Both the position numbers and the translations under genes were made by a program. A stretch of 32,000 nucleotides of DNA from Nostoc sp. PCC 7120 = FACHB-418 (GTDB lineage Bacteria; Cyanobacteriota; Cyanobacteriia; Cyanobacteriales; Nostocaceae): contig NC_003272.1 of assembly GCF_000009705.1 (NCBI RefSeq), forward strand, positions 2,790,001 to 2,822,000, in the 5' to 3' direction. Under the pieces are notes generated by a model. The model was not told the origin of the DNA, did not search any database, and saw only the letters and a program-made list of their open reading frames with translations. Of the stretch, positions 1 to 11,431 are shown piece after piece (the stretch's first letter is position 1; each line of letters opens with the position of its first letter).

Positions 1-767
<767 letters not shown>

Positions 768-833
768 TCATTTATTGGCAAGTCTTTGATTTTACCCCAA
801 ATTGTGTTACCACGGGTACAAGTAGTCATGAGT

Positions 834-858
834 TAACAGTTAACTGTTAACAGTCAAC
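834..858. repeat. STRR3-like heptamer array (TAACAGT/TAACTGT/TAACAGT/CAACAA) containing the 12-bp palindrome ACAGTTAACTGT (836..847)
   Basis: Period-7 repeat read directly between the ilvC start and the aldo/keto reductase stop. It resembles the cyanobacterial STRR3 unit CAACAGT. Confidence 0.6.
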
Positions 859-869
859 AAAGCTATTTA

Positions 870-1724
870 CTAAATTTTCTGGACTTCTTCGTCACTTAGT
901 TGGACATTTACAGCACTGACTGAATCTTCGATGCTGGAAATTTTGCTTGCGCCGGGGATGGGCAAAATTGCCGGGGATTTGGCGCGTAACCAGGCCAATA
1001 CTATCGAGTATACAGATACACCTTTGGCTTTGGCTAATTGGGCGATCGCGGGAATATCCTGTAAATCTTGATGGCGACGACGACCTCCAAAGGGACTCCA
1101 AGGTAAAAAAGTTAGTTTTTCTTGTTCACAATACTGCAAAACACCGTCTTTTTCTGGCTGTCTTTCCCAAGGACTGTATTGATTCTGCACTGAGACAATA
1201 TCCACCACATCCCGTGCTTGCTTAATTTGTTCCACAGAAAAATTAGAAACTCCCACAAATCGAATCAAACCTGCTTCCACAGCTTCTTTCACAGGTGTCA
1301 AGGATTCTGCAATTGTATATTCTGGGTCTGGAGAGTGGTATTGCCAAACATCAATCGGTTTTTCACCACCCAACGCCTCAAAACTAACGCGGATAGTTTG
1401 ACGCAGATGTTCTGGATTCCCGTTGCGTGTCCAACTTTCATTAGGACGCATTAAGCCGCCTTTCGTCGCCACAACCACTTGGCTAGTATCACCCGCATAA
1501 GTGCTAAGTGCTTTGTGGATGAGTCTTTCATTGTGGTGCTTGTCTGACTCATCCTTACAATAAGAATCGGCAGTGTCAATAAATGTAATCCCTAAATCTA
1601 AAGCACGGTGGATAACTTGAATTGAATCTGATTCTGGTGGTCGATTATATATCGACATTGGCATTCCACCCAAACCAATGGCGCTGACAAATACACCTGT
1701 TTTTCCTAGCTGTGTAGTTTCCAT
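870..1724 (-). CDS. aldo/keto reductase family oxidoreductase
   Basis: 284-aa ORF. It has the N-terminal GxxVSxIGLGGM and DTADSY motifs and the overall AKR (beta/alpha)8 pattern. Confidence 0.9.
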   Translation of the reverse strand: METTQLGKTGVFVSAIGLGGMPMSIYNRPPESDSIQVIHRALDLGITFIDTADSYCKDESDKHHNERLIHKALSTYAGDTSQVVVATKGGLMRPNESWTRNGNPEHLRQTIRVSFEALGGEKPIDVWQYHSPDPEYTIAESLTPVKEAVEAGLIRFVGVSNFSVEQIKQARDVVDIVSVQNQYSPWERQPEKDGVLQYCEQEKLTFLPWSPFGGRRRHQDLQDIPAIAQLAKAKGVSVYSIVLAWLRAKSPAILPIPGASKISSIEDSVSAVNVQLSDEEVQKI

Positions 1725-1903
1725 GCTTTTCGCTTGATTTTGATAGCATCACTAACTATCTAATAGCGGGTCAAGGAGGTTTTGACAATTCCTCTAAGGT
1801 AAGGTGATGTTAAAATTGAAACTCCCAGGGAAAGCAGCTTGTAAAGAAGACTTTCACTGGCTGAGGAGGGTAAATTGCAATCTTCAACCAGGATTATGCT
1901 GAT

Positions 1904-2344
1904 TTATCTTGATGTCTGTTTAGTAATTGCTGGATTTAACTGTTGCCATAATCCCAGGCGTTTATTTTTAGCATTGGCTTCAGCGATGAGGTATTGTGTT
2001 TTTGTCTCTTCGCAAACTTCGAGAGATGCTTGATCAACCACAGCGTCACCCTCTGCTACTAAACGCAGATTGATAGAGCGATTATCTACATACACTTCAC
2101 CAAAAGCCATATCTTTACTATCCGGTCTGATAACTCTAACGACAACAGGGGTACGTGATGGTAGTAATTGTCGGAGTTTCTGTTTAGCAGCCAGATGATA
2201 CTTTTGTTTAGCTGTCTTGGGTATATCAATACAGGCTAGTCTGACTGTAGCCGTTTGCCCGGTCTCATTTTTAACTGTGATGGTTTTGCCGTCTACTACA
2301 CCTACGATAGTAGCCAGTAATAAAATTAGCTCAAGTAAAGCCAT
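1904..2344 (-). CDS. staphylococcal-nuclease (thermonuclease, SNase)-like protein with N-terminal signal/anchor
   Basis: 146 aa. Hydrophobic N-terminus, then VVDGKTITV...VRLACIDIPK...EVYVDNRSINLRLVAEGDAVV...AEANAKNKRLGLW, which follows the SNase-fold consensus. Confidence 0.75.
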   Translation of the reverse strand: MALLELILLLATIVGVVDGKTITVKNETGQTATVRLACIDIPKTAKQKYHLAAKQKLRQLLPSRTPVVVRVIRPDSKDMAFGEVYVDNRSINLRLVAEGDAVVDQASLEVCEETKTQYLIAEANAKNKRLGLWQQLNPAITKQTSR

Positions 2345-2418
2345 GATTTTTTGTATGGTGTTCTACATCAATACTTTGATGGAGAGATTTTTAGTTTATT
2401 GCGCTTCCCTACGGGACT

Positions 2419-2436
2419 TGACCACTGACCACTGAC
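2419..2436. repeat. short heptamer array TGACCAC x2.6 (STRR2-related; STRR2 complement is TGACCAA)
   Basis: tgaccac tgaccac tgac read directly from the sequence. Confidence 0.5.
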
Positions 2437-2440
2437 AAAA

Positions 2441-2467
2441 CTCCATCCCCTTGTGGGTGGAGTTTTT
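2441..2467 (-). terminator. candidate intrinsic terminator downstream of the Tab2-like gene (bidirectional hairpin)
   Basis: Stem ctccatcc (2441..2448) pairs with ggtggag(g) (2455..2462) around a 6-nt loop. One position is a G-U wobble on the plus strand and a C-A mismatch on the minus strand. The hairpin is flanked by AAAA and TTTTT. Confidence 0.45.
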
Positions 2468-2488
2468 ATTTGGATGAGGTAGTCAAGA

Positions 2489-3283
2489 TCATATTGCTTG
2501 CAACAACCAAAAGCCAGTGTAAGTCATACCTGAATCATCAGGCTGTACTAATAAAAAATGTAATCCCCGACTTTGTTTTTGACGTTGTTCATAAACTTTT
2601 GCAGCCGCCGTTACTTCTGCATCTTCAAAAGTAACTAAAATCCATCTATCCACCAAACCAGCTTCTAGTATCAAACCATCGGGCGCACCGGCAATATAAT
2701 TCAAGGCTACTGGGCGGGTTTGGGCAATCCATCTAGCTAGATTTAGCGATCGCTTACCACCATAAATTACCACACCAGGAATCGCCACTGTTGATGCCAA
2801 GCCTAAATTAATTGGTTTGAGGGGTTCTGGTAAAGATAAAATGGGAATTGGGCGATCGCTAAACAAATCCACGATGTCACCAGCTTGGATACTAGCAAAG
2901 CGCCACTCATCGCCCCATAAGTTGTCCGGTAACGGTGTAGGTGGTGGCTTATCTATTGCTATGGAATATTGCTTTTCTTGTAACCATTGTTTCAAAGCTG
3001 GGGTTTGGCGTTGCGGTTCGACATTAATCCCCAAATTGCGTCCAGCCGCCTCAATCAAACTCAAAGACTGGGGGCGAAAAACTTGGATAATATCTGGTAG
3101 TTTTTCACCTGCTGCTAATTGAATTTGGGTAGTCAACCAACTAGAATTAGCTTCTGACTGGGGACAAGTCGCCGTATACTCGAAACCACGATTTACATCA
3201 CAAATTAATAACTCCCACAAGATTTTTCCATCTAAATCTTGCCGAGGACTGCGATAAAAATCTGCTTGCCAAACCAGAGTCAT
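2489..3283 (-). CDS. Tab2/ATAB2-like RNA-binding protein (DUF1092 family)
   Basis: 264 aa. N-terminus W(Q/E)ADFYRSP...WELLICD and the length are typical of cyanobacterial Tab2 homologues. Family assignment is from memory. Confidence 0.7.
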   Translation of the reverse strand: MTLVWQADFYRSPRQDLDGKILWELLICDVNRGFEYTATCPQSEANSSWLTTQIQLAAGEKLPDIIQVFRPQSLSLIEAAGRNLGINVEPQRQTPALKQWLQEKQYSIAIDKPPPTPLPDNLWGDEWRFASIQAGDIVDLFSDRPIPILSLPEPLKPINLGLASTVAIPGVVIYGGKRSLNLARWIAQTRPVALNYIAGAPDGLILEAGLVDRWILVTFEDAEVTAAAKVYEQRQKQSRGLHFLLVQPDDSGMTYTGFWLLQAI

Positions 3284-3489
3284 GATCTGCTCTCTTACTC
3301 AACGGCTGTCATCACGCCTGCTTTTCAGTATTACCATAAAATTCTTAACTTAGTATCGAGTCCTGCTGATGACTGTGAATGAAATTATGTTTTGCGTAAA
3401 AAATTTTCTGTAGAGACAGCGATTAAACGCGTCTCTACCAAGACTCAGCACGAGCATAACGCCCTGCTAACACTAACAATAATCCTTAC

Positions 3490-3846
<357 letters not shown>

Positions 3847-4000
3847 CTAGTAGCTTCGTTTATATATCTAACCAGATCCAATGTCTGACACTTTCACATT
3901 CGCCTTATTTTAAAGACACTTATGAGAATTGCAACTTTTTTTAACCGTATCTGCTCTGTATGAGCAGTTGAGGAAGAGAGTTTGAGTTGGGCATATCAAA

Positions 4001-4041
4001 ATGCTATTTTCCGCAAAAACTTTCGATGTAGTCTGTGTAAC
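4001..4041 (-). promoter_or_regulatory. candidate NtcA-type promoter upstream of glnB (imperfect box)
   Basis: The minus strand reads GTTACACAGACTAC (4041..4028), then 21 nt, then TAGCAT (4006..4001). This is close to GTA-N8-TAC-N22-TA-N3-T, but the left half-site is GTT and the spacer is one nt short. Confidence 0.3.
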
Positions 4042-4220
4042 TTTTACCAACGATTAAATAAAAGCAGCGATTCAAAAACTAATTTTAGATATTTAGCACA
4101 AATTAAGAACAAACCAAAACGGCAGTGGGAATAACGAATATACAGCATGGTAGAAACCAAATCTTAGATAAGAATCTGATGACACAAATTTCCTTGACTT
4201 CTACCTCTTGACTCCTTGCA

Positions 4221-4814
4221 CTAACGACTTTGGTGTTCAAATAAAGGGCGGACAATTAAATACCCAGCACCAAAAGCACTCAGCATAATTAACAGGATAC
4301 AGACAGCTAACCACCAACTGTTAAGTTCTTTAGCCTTTGCTTTTGAGGCAGACAGAGGGTGGTAGCCCATTTCCTGCTCTGGGATCAAGACCGTATCTGG
4401 CGTAGTAGAGGTGATTTGTGTGATGGGTACAGAAAACTCAGTGCGACGGTTCTTGCTGCTTGGGGCTTCAGGAACGACTGGTTGACGTGAACGCACAGCT
4501 TGTGGGCGTGGTTGTGCTTGTATAGATGGGTCAATAGTCGGTTTTTCTATCTCAGGATGAAAACCTGAGACTTTATAATCTACCACTTTTTGCAGATGTA
4601 AAAAAGACTGCACAACCTGACTAATTTCATGGCGCAGTATTTGATTTTCTTGCGCTAATTGTTGATTTTTTGCTGTCAGCGCATCTAACTTGTCTTGTGT
4701 TGCTTTTAATTCAGCCGCCAATTCCCGATATACGTACAGGGGTACGGAGGAGGAATAGCTTGGATAATTAGGTTTTGGCTGATTACTGTTAACCGAACCT
4801 GTGGTTGTTCGCAT
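4221..4814 (-). CDS. hypothetical coiled-coil protein with C-terminal transmembrane anchor
   Basis: 197 aa. Heptad-like region ELAAELKATQDKLDALTAKNQQLAQENQILRHEISQ, a Pro/Ser-rich middle, and a single C-terminal hydrophobic helix WWLAVCILLIMLSAFGAGYLIV. I recognise no family. Confidence 0.6.
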   Translation of the reverse strand: MRTTTGSVNSNQPKPNYPSYSSSVPLYVYRELAAELKATQDKLDALTAKNQQLAQENQILRHEISQVVQSFLHLQKVVDYKVSGFHPEIEKPTIDPSIQAQPRPQAVRSRQPVVPEAPSSKNRRTEFSVPITQITSTTPDTVLIPEQEMGYHPLSASKAKAKELNSWWLAVCILLIMLSAFGAGYLIVRPLFEHQSR

Positions 4815-4943
4815 CGGTTGCTTGGTATCAAAAATGAATTAATCTGAGTATCAGAGATGGTATCAAAAGATAATCGCTTCTGAAACTAGCCCAAGAATAA
4901 TAGAAAAATGCTCGGAGTGCAAAGATATCTAAATTTACACCCT

Positions 4944-4985
4944 TGGTCAATAGGTAATAGTCATTAATCATTAGTCAGTTGTCAT
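4944..4985. repeat. degenerate STRR2 array (TTGGTCA-type, about 6 units)
   Basis: ttggtca ataggta atagtca ttaatca ttagtca gttgtca, period 7, in the divergent intergenic region. Confidence 0.55.
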
Positions 4986-5098
4986 GAGTTTTCTCCCCCT
5001 GCCCTCTGCTCCCTTGCCTCTTATGCCCCCAATCTCCAATCCCTCTGTACAATGTTGGCAGAAATCAATATTTTACAGAAAACAACCTTAAGGTGATT

Positions 5099-5536
5099 AT
5101 GCGTTTACTACATACAATGCTACGGGTGGGTAACCTGGAAGAGTCTTTGAAATTCTACTGTGATGTCCTGGGCATGAAGTTACTACGGAAAAAGGATTAC
5201 CCAGGAGGAGAATTTACCCTAGCTTTTATTGGCTACGGCGATGAGAGTGATAACACAGTTATAGAACTAACCTACAATTGGGGAGTAGAGAAGTACGAAT
5301 TAGGTAATGCTTACGGTCATATTGCTCTTGGTGTAGATGATATTTATGCCACCTGTGAGTCTATTAAAACTCAGGGCGGTAAGGTGGTTAGGGAACCAGG
5401 GCCAATGAAGCATGGCTCGACTGTGATTGCTTTCGTCGAAGACCCAGATGGATACAAGATAGAACTAATCCAGTTGAGTAATCAAGGCGCGACAGTGAAA
5501 CAAGATTCATCAGAACAGCTAGTGAAACAGGGTTAG
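5099..5536 (+). CDS. gloA: lactoylglutathione lyase (glyoxalase I)
   Basis: [49 protein letters not shown]...[10 protein letters not shown]...GYKIELIQ. The track ORF starts at GTG 5093. ATG 5099, preceded by AAGGTG, is the more likely start. Confidence 0.93.
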   Translation: MRLLHTMLRVGNLEESLKFYCDVLGMKLLRKKDYPGGEFTLAFIGYGDESDNTVIELTYNWGVEKYELGNAYGHIALGVDDIYATCESIKTQGGKVVREPGPMKHGSTVIAFVEDPDGYKIELIQLSNQGATVKQDSSEQLVKQG

Positions 5537-6126
5537 AGAATGGAGGTTGATGAGTAATGAGTGGGGAGTTAATAAAATTACTGCTGATTTTTTCCCTACT
5601 CACTCATCCTGAAAGGTGTAGGTTTTTTACACTACACTCCCAAAACACGAGTTTAGGGTGTAGGGGTATGGGGGTATAAGGGTGTAGGGATTGATGGAAC
5701 TATGATTCTTTTGTTAGTGCGAAGGTCATCACTCAACTCCCTCATCTCCCCCTATCTACCAAACTAAATATTTTTCCCAACACCATATTGCAAAGTAAGC
5801 TGATGGCGGTGTTTTCGTTTTAAATTAGGAAATAGGTGGTGGATTAATAACTCGATGTTGTTTGCCCGACTGCTACCGTATAAGTAGGCGGATAAATAGT
5901 GCGAGTATTTGAATGATTGTTTGGGGAGGGGAATATAAAAATCAATTAGTGGGGAAGTATCAAAAATCAAGTGTAAAGCTTTTTGGTCTAATTAGCTTGA
6001 TCAAGGATACTTCTCGATACAGCAAACATCTCATCTAAATTCCCGCAATATCTAATAAATTAGCCTTGAATCTCTTTTTATATACCTAGAATAAAAGTTT
6101 GGAATATTACATTAAAAATCGTAAAG

Positions 6127-8769
6127 ATGCAGCCTACAGATCCCAATAAATTTACTGATAAAGCCTGGGAAGTCATTGTCAAATCTCAGGATATAGTTCG
6201 TGCATATCAACAACAACAACTAGACGTTGAACATTTAATTCTTGCTCTGATAGAAGATCCTACTAGTTTAGCTGTGCGGATTTTGGGTCGCGCAGAAATT
6301 GACCCGATTCGCTTACAACAGCAATTAGAAGCTTTTACCCAGCGTCAAACCAAAGTAGGCAAAAGTGACCAACTTTACCTCGGTCGTAGCTTGGATGTTA
6401 TGCTTGACCGCGCCGAGGAAATTAGGGAGCGGATGAAGGATGGCTACATTTCTGTAGAACATATGCTCCTAGCTTTTGTGGATGATGAACGTGTTGGTAG
6501 GAAGGTACTCAAAGGTTTTAATGTAGACAGTGCCAAGATAGAAGCAAGTATCAAAGCCGTTCGTGGTAGCCAAAAAGTGACAGACCAAAACCCAGAATCC
6601 CGCTATGAAGCATTACAGAAATTTGGTAGGGATTTAACAGAACAGGCAAAGTCGGGTAAGTTAGACCCAGTGATTGGACGAGATGACGAAATTCGTCGGG
6701 TAATTCAGGTGTTATCTCGTCGGAGTAAAAATAATCCCGTCTTGATTGGTGAACCTGGGGTGGGTAAGACAGCGATCGCTGAAGCTTTGGCACAGCGTAT
6801 AGTTAATGGGGATGTCCCGGAATCTCTGAAAAACCGTCAATTAATCTCTCTCGATATCGGTAGTTTGATTGCTGGGGCAAAATATCGGGGTGAATTTGAA
6901 GACCGATTAAAAGCCGTCCTCCGGGAAGTTACGGAATCAAACGGTAATATTGTATTATTTATTGATGAACTACATACCGTCGTCGGCACTGGTTCCAACC
7001 AACAAGGGGCAATGGATGCAGGTAACTTGCTCAAACCCATGCTGGCAAGGGGTGAGTTGCGGTGTATTGGGGCGACAACTTTAGATGAGTTTCGTAAATT
7101 CATTGAAAAAGACGCAGCTTTAGAACGACGTTTTCAACAGGTGTACGTAGACCAACCGAGTGTGGAAAATACAATCTCCATTTTGCGCGGGTTGAAGGAA
7201 CGCTACGAAGTCCATCACAATGTGAAAATTTCCGATTCCGCACTAGTAGCCGCAGCAACTTTATCAGCTCGTTACATTGCTGACCGCTTCCTACCAGATA
7301 AAGCCATTGATTTAGTCGATGAAGCCGCAGCCCAATTAAAAATGGAAATCACTTCCAAACCAGCAGACTTGGAAGCCATTGACCGCCGCTTGATGCAGCT
7401 AGAAATGGAAAAGCTCTCCTTGGCGGGAGAGGAGAAAGTAGCAGCGCCTACTAAGGAACGTTTGCAGCGAATTGAGTTAGAAATCACCAATTTAACTGAA
7501 AAACAGCAGGATTTAAACAATCAATGGCAAGGTGAAAAGCAGGTACTAGAAGCCATTAGTTTGTTAAAGAAAGAAGAAGACGCTTTAAGGGTGCAGATTG
7601 AGCAAGCAGAACGGGCTTACGATTTGAATAAAGCGGCGCAGTTGAAGTATGGCAAACTAGAAGGAGTACAGCGCGATCGCGAAGCTAAAGAAGCGAAACT
7701 CTTAGAACTACAAAGTCAAGGTTCTACCTTGTTGCGTGAACAAGTCACCGAAGCCGACATCGCCGAAATCGTCGCTAAGTGGACAGGTATCCCCGTAAAT
7801 CGTCTGTTGGAATCAGAACGGCAAAAACTCCTACAACTCGAAAGCCACTTACATCAACGGGTGATAGGACAACAGGAAGCCGTGGAAGCAGTATCAGCCG
7901 CTATTCGTCGCGCCCGTGCGGGAATGAAAGACCCCAACCGTCCCATCGGTTCATTTCTATTTATGGGGCCGACTGGTGTAGGTAAAACCGAACTCGCCCG
8001 CGCTTTAGCCCAGTTCCTCTTTGACGCTGATGATGCTTTGGTGCGCTTGGATATGTCTGAGTACATGGAAAAACATTCTGTCTCCCGCTTAGTTGGCGCG
8101 CCTCCTGGTTATGTAGGCTACGAAGAAGGTGGGCAACTTTCCGAAGCAGTCCGCCGACATCCTTATTCTGTGGTGTTATTGGATGAAGTCGAAAAAGCAC
8201 ACCCCGATGTGTTCAATATTTTATTGCAAGTATTAGATGATGGGAGAATTACTGATTCCCAAGGCAGAACAGTAGATTTTCGTAATACCGTCATTGTCAT
8301 GACCAGTAACATCGGTAGCGAACATATTTTAGACGTTTCCGGTGATGATACCCAGTATGAGACAATGCGAAATCGGGTCATGGATGCCTTGCGATCGCAC
8401 TTCCGCCCCGAATTTCTCAACCGTGTTGATGATACAATTCTTTTCCACGCCCTCAGCCGTTCTGAGATGAGCCACATCATCCGCATTCAACTAAAACGAG
8501 TGGAAAGTCTCCTCAGAGATCAAAAAATCTCCTTTGAAATCTCTCCAGCCGCCTGTGATTTCCTCGTAGAAAAAGGCTATGACCCAGTTTACGGCGCACG
8601 TCCCCTAAAACGAGCCATTCAGAGAGAAATCGAAAACCCCCTCGCCACCAAAATCTTAGAAAATACCTTTATCTCCGGTGACACCATTTACATAGACCAA
8701 GATGAAAACGGTTTAAGTTTCACTAACAAAGCACCAGTAAAAGTTTCGGTAACACAAATCACAACCTAG
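6127..8769 (+). CDS. clpB: ATP-dependent chaperone/disaggregase ClpB
   Basis: 880 aa. Two AAA+ modules (GEPGVGKT and GPTGVGKT Walker A motifs), a long middle coiled-coil domain and a Clp N-domain. Confidence 0.97.
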   Translation: MQPTDPNKFTDKAWEVIVKSQDIVRAYQQQQLDVEHLILALIEDPTSLAVRILGRAEIDPIRLQQQLEAFTQRQTKVGKSDQLYLGRSLDVMLDRAEEIRERMKDGYISVEHMLLAFVDDERVGRKVLKGFNVDSAKIEASIKAVRGSQKVTDQNPESRYEALQKFGRDLTEQAKSGKLDPVIGRDDEIRRVIQVLSRRSKNNPVLIGEPGVGKTAIAEALAQRIVNGDVPESLKNRQLISLDIGSLIAGAKYRGEFEDRLKAVLREVTESNGNIVLFIDELHTVVGTGSNQQGAMDAGNLLKPMLARGELRCIGATTLDEFRKFIEKDAALERRFQQVYVDQPSVENTISILRGLKERYEVHHNVKISDSALVAAATLSARYIADRFLPDKAIDLVDEAAAQLKMEITSKPADLEAIDRRLMQLEMEKLSLAGEEKVAAPTKERLQRIELEITNLTEKQQDLNNQWQGEKQVLEAISLLKKEEDALRVQIEQAERAYDLNKAAQLKYGKLEGVQRDREAKEAKLLELQSQGSTLLREQVTEADIAEIVAKWTGIPVNRLLESERQKLLQLESHLHQRVIGQQEAVEAVSAAIRRARAGMKDPNRPIGSFLFMGPTGVGKTELARALAQFLFDADDALVRLDMSEYMEKHSVSRLVGAPPGYVGYEEGGQLSEAVRRHPYSVVLLDEVEKAHPDVFNILLQVLDDGRITDSQGRTVDFRNTVIVMTSNIGSEHILDVSGDDTQYETMRNRVMDALRSHFRPEFLNRVDDTILFHALSRSEMSHIIRIQLKRVESLLRDQKISFEISPAACDFLVEKGYDPVYGARPLKRAIQREIENPLATKILENTFISGDTIYIDQDENGLSFTNKAPVKVSVTQITT

Positions 8770-9038
8770 CCAATTTTACAGAGACTGGTTTGATGATACC
8801 TCCCTCCGCGCCCCTCTGCGCTTACCTCAGCGCCCCTCAGCGTTTAAATGATATGTAGGGAAATCCGAATCACCGCTTGGGGGCAAACAATCCTAGCAAA
8901 AAGCAGCGATCGCTTAAACTATACCTTGAAAATCTTCATTAGTCCCATGCTCTTTTATATCTTGGGCATCTACCCATGATCATAAAAAGCTAAGATGTCT
9001 TGACTAAACAAATAGTTTCAGATACTAAAATCAAAATC

Positions 9039-11015
9039 ATGCTAGAGCAAGGCACCATCAGTATTCATACTGAGAATATTTTCCCAATTATCAAGAAATC
9101 CCTCTACTCAGACCATCAAATTTTCCTGCGGGAACTAGTCTCTAACGCTGTAGATGCTATCCAAAAGCTGAAAATGGTATCCCGTGCGGGAGAATATGCA
9201 GGAGTAGTTGATGAACCAGAGATTCAACTCGCCATCGACAAAGATAAAAAAACCCTGTCCATCACCGATAACGGTATCGGGATGACAGCAGAAGAAGTCA
9301 AAAAATATATCAACCAAGTCGCCTTTTCTAGCGCTGAAGAGTTTATTCACAAATATCAGGGAAAATCAGACCAGCCAATCATCGGTCACTTTGGACTGGG
9401 TTTCTATTCCTCCTTCATGGTGGCGCAAAAGGTAGAAATTGATACTCTCTCCTATCAAGAAGGAGCGCAAGCAGTCCACTGGAGTTGTGACGGTTCCCCA
9501 GAATTTACCCTAGAAGAATCATCCCGCACCACCATCGGGACTACCATCACCCTGACTCTGTTACCAGACGAAGAAGAATATTTAGAATCAGCGCGGGTAA
9601 AAAATCTCGTCAAGACTTATTGCGACTTCATGCCAGTACCTATCAAACTGGATGGTGAAGTATTAAACAGACAAAAAGCACCTTGGCGGGAGTCTCCCAG
9701 CAACCTGACAAAAGAAGATTATTTAGAATTTTACCGCTATCTCTATCCTTTCCAAGAAGAACCCTTACTGTGGGTGCATCTAAACACCGACTATCCCTTT
9801 ATTATTAACGGGATTCTGTATTTCCCCAAAATGCGTCCTGATGTGGATGTCACCAAAGGACAAATCAAGTTATTCTGCAACCAAGTTTTCGTCAGTGATA
9901 ACTGCGAAGAAATTATCCCCCAGTTCCTTGTACCCATGCGGGGCGTAATCGATAGTACGGATATTCCCCTTAACGTATCACGTAGTGCCTTACAAGGCGA
10001 TCGCACCGTCCGCAAAATCGGCGATTATATAGCGAAAAAAGTCGGCGACAGACTCAAAGAACTATACCGCGACGACCGCGAACAATATATTAGTGCATGG
10101 AAAGACTTAAGCACCTTTGTCAAATTCGGTGTCCTCAACGACGAGAAATTTAAAAAGCAAGTCGAAGACATAATTATTTTCCGCAGTACCGTTAAATGGG
10201 AACAACCAGCAGAAACGCCAGCCGTTGAGGTACAGTCCCAAGAAGGAGATGTTTGGCAAGATATCACCCCTTCCCCCGACTCTCCCACACCAGGCTTACC
10301 ATACACAACCCTGAAAGAATACTTAGAACGCAACAAAGAACGCCACGAAAACCGCGTATTTTACAGCACCGATGAAGCAACCCAAGCCACTTATATAGAA
10401 CTACACAAAAACCAAGGCTTAGAAGTTTTATTCCTCGATTCCTTCATCGACACCCACTTTATCAACTTCCTCGAACAGGAATATCAAGATGTCAAATTTA
10501 CACGGGTAGATTCTGACCTCGATAATACCTTGCTCGAACAAGACAAAGCCGGGGAAATTGTTGACCCCACCACAAATAAAACCAAGAGTGAGATCATTAA
10601 AGAGTTATTTGAGAAATCCCTCAATAAACCTAAAGTCAACATCCGCACTGAAGCACTCAAGTCTGATGATCCTCAAGGTACACCACCGGCGATCGTTCTC
10701 TTACCAGAATTTCTCCGCCGCATGAGGGAAATGACCGCCATGATGCAGCAGCAAAACGCAGATTTTCCCGAAGACCACATTTTACTAGTGAATACAGCCC
10801 ATCCCCTAATTCAAAACTTGGTAAACCTCAACCAAGGTGCAATTATTCAAGGCGATGGAGAATCAACCACAAATCCCTTAGTCAACTTAATTTGTCAACA
10901 CGTTTACGATTTAGCGTTAATGTCCCAGAAAGGTTTCGACGCAGAAGGAATGAAATCTTTTGTCGAACGTTCCAACGACGTATTAACCAAGCTGACCCAA
11001 CAAGCCAAAAATTAG
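9039..11015 (+). CDS. htpG: molecular chaperone HtpG (Hsp90)
   Basis: GHKL ATPase motifs ELVSNAVDA and DNGIGM, and Hsp90 length. The track ORF begins at TTG 9000. ATG 9039 (MLEQGTISIHTENIFPIIKK) matches the usual HtpG N-terminus. Confidence 0.95.
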   Translation: MLEQGTISIHTENIFPIIKKSLYSDHQIFLRELVSNAVDAIQKLKMVSRAGEYAGVVDEPEIQLAIDKDKKTLSITDNGIGMTAEEVKKYINQVAFSSAEEFIHKYQGKSDQPIIGHFGLGFYSSFMVAQKVEIDTLSYQEGAQAVHWSCDGSPEFTLEESSRTTIGTTITLTLLPDEEEYLESARVKNLVKTYCDFMPVPIKLDGEVLNRQKAPWRESPSNLTKEDYLEFYRYLYPFQEEPLLWVHLNTDYPFIINGILYFPKMRPDVDVTKGQIKLFCNQVFVSDNCEEIIPQFLVPMRGVIDSTDIPLNVSRSALQGDRTVRKIGDYIAKKVGDRLKELYRDDREQYISAWKDLSTFVKFGVLNDEKFKKQVEDIIIFRSTVKWEQPAETPAVEVQSQEGDVWQDITPSPDSPTPGLPYTTLKEYLERNKERHENRVFYSTDEATQATYIELHKNQGLEVLFLDSFIDTHFINFLEQEYQDVKFTRVDSDLDNTLLEQDKAGEIVDPTTNKTKSEIIKELFEKSLNKPKVNIRTEALKSDDPQGTPPAIVLLPEFLRRMREMTAMMQQQNADFPEDHILLVNTAHPLIQNLVNLNQGAIIQGDGESTTNPLVNLICQHVYDLALMSQKGFDAEGMKSFVERSNDVLTKLTQQAKN

Positions 11016-11156
11016 CAACCCATCTTGTAAGCAGTACTGCTAGGCTGTTTTAACGTGAGTCTCCAACAGAGGAACACCTACGGGAAGAGCGAAAGAAAAC
11101 TTTCTGTTTTCTTAAGAGTTCGATGACCTCTCCCCAAACCCTCTGTCTTCAAAAGT

Positions 11157-11189
11157 TCTGAGCGCCGGAAGCCTGCGCTCAGACTTTTC
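11157..11189 (+). terminator. candidate htpG terminator hairpin inside a degenerate repeat-rich spacer
   Basis: ctgagcgc (11158..11165), 9-nt loop, gcgctcag (11175..11182), followed by aCTTTTc. Confidence 0.4.
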
Positions 11190-11431
11190 GCTCCCAAGCG
11201 GATAGGGACTTAACTATCTTGAACGGTCAACAAAAAATTTAAGTTTTTAAGCCTCTCTCTTTTCTTTGTAGGGAAGGAGTTGTGGGTTAGGTATGTATTA
11301 AACTCAACTGCAAGCCGCTATATATTGCACCCAGTTAATTTGGCTGTAATCCACTGAACTCAGTATATTTATTTACTGCCAAGTGCCGAAGAGCAAAATA
11401 GAATATAAAGAAACACTAAGCAAGCAAACCT

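Noticed and set aside
6040-6126. Shared words (CCTTGAA and CTTTTATAT) upstream of both clpB and htpG (also 8925..8975), considered as a possible common heat-shock operator.
   Set aside because: The spacing between the two words differs greatly (7 versus 23 nt), and there is no CIRCE-like inverted repeat. Too weak without comparative data.
6551-8486. Multiple 68-107-aa ORFs antisense to or out of frame within clpB (6551..6793, 6837..7103, 7272..7520, 7779..7985, 7854..8066, 7961..8200, 8163..8486). Similar ones occur inside htpG, glnA, the ADH, PiT and other genes.
   Set aside because: They are fully embedded in strongly recognisable conserved genes, have Arg/Ser-rich or low-complexity composition typical of wrong-frame translation, and show no start-site signals.
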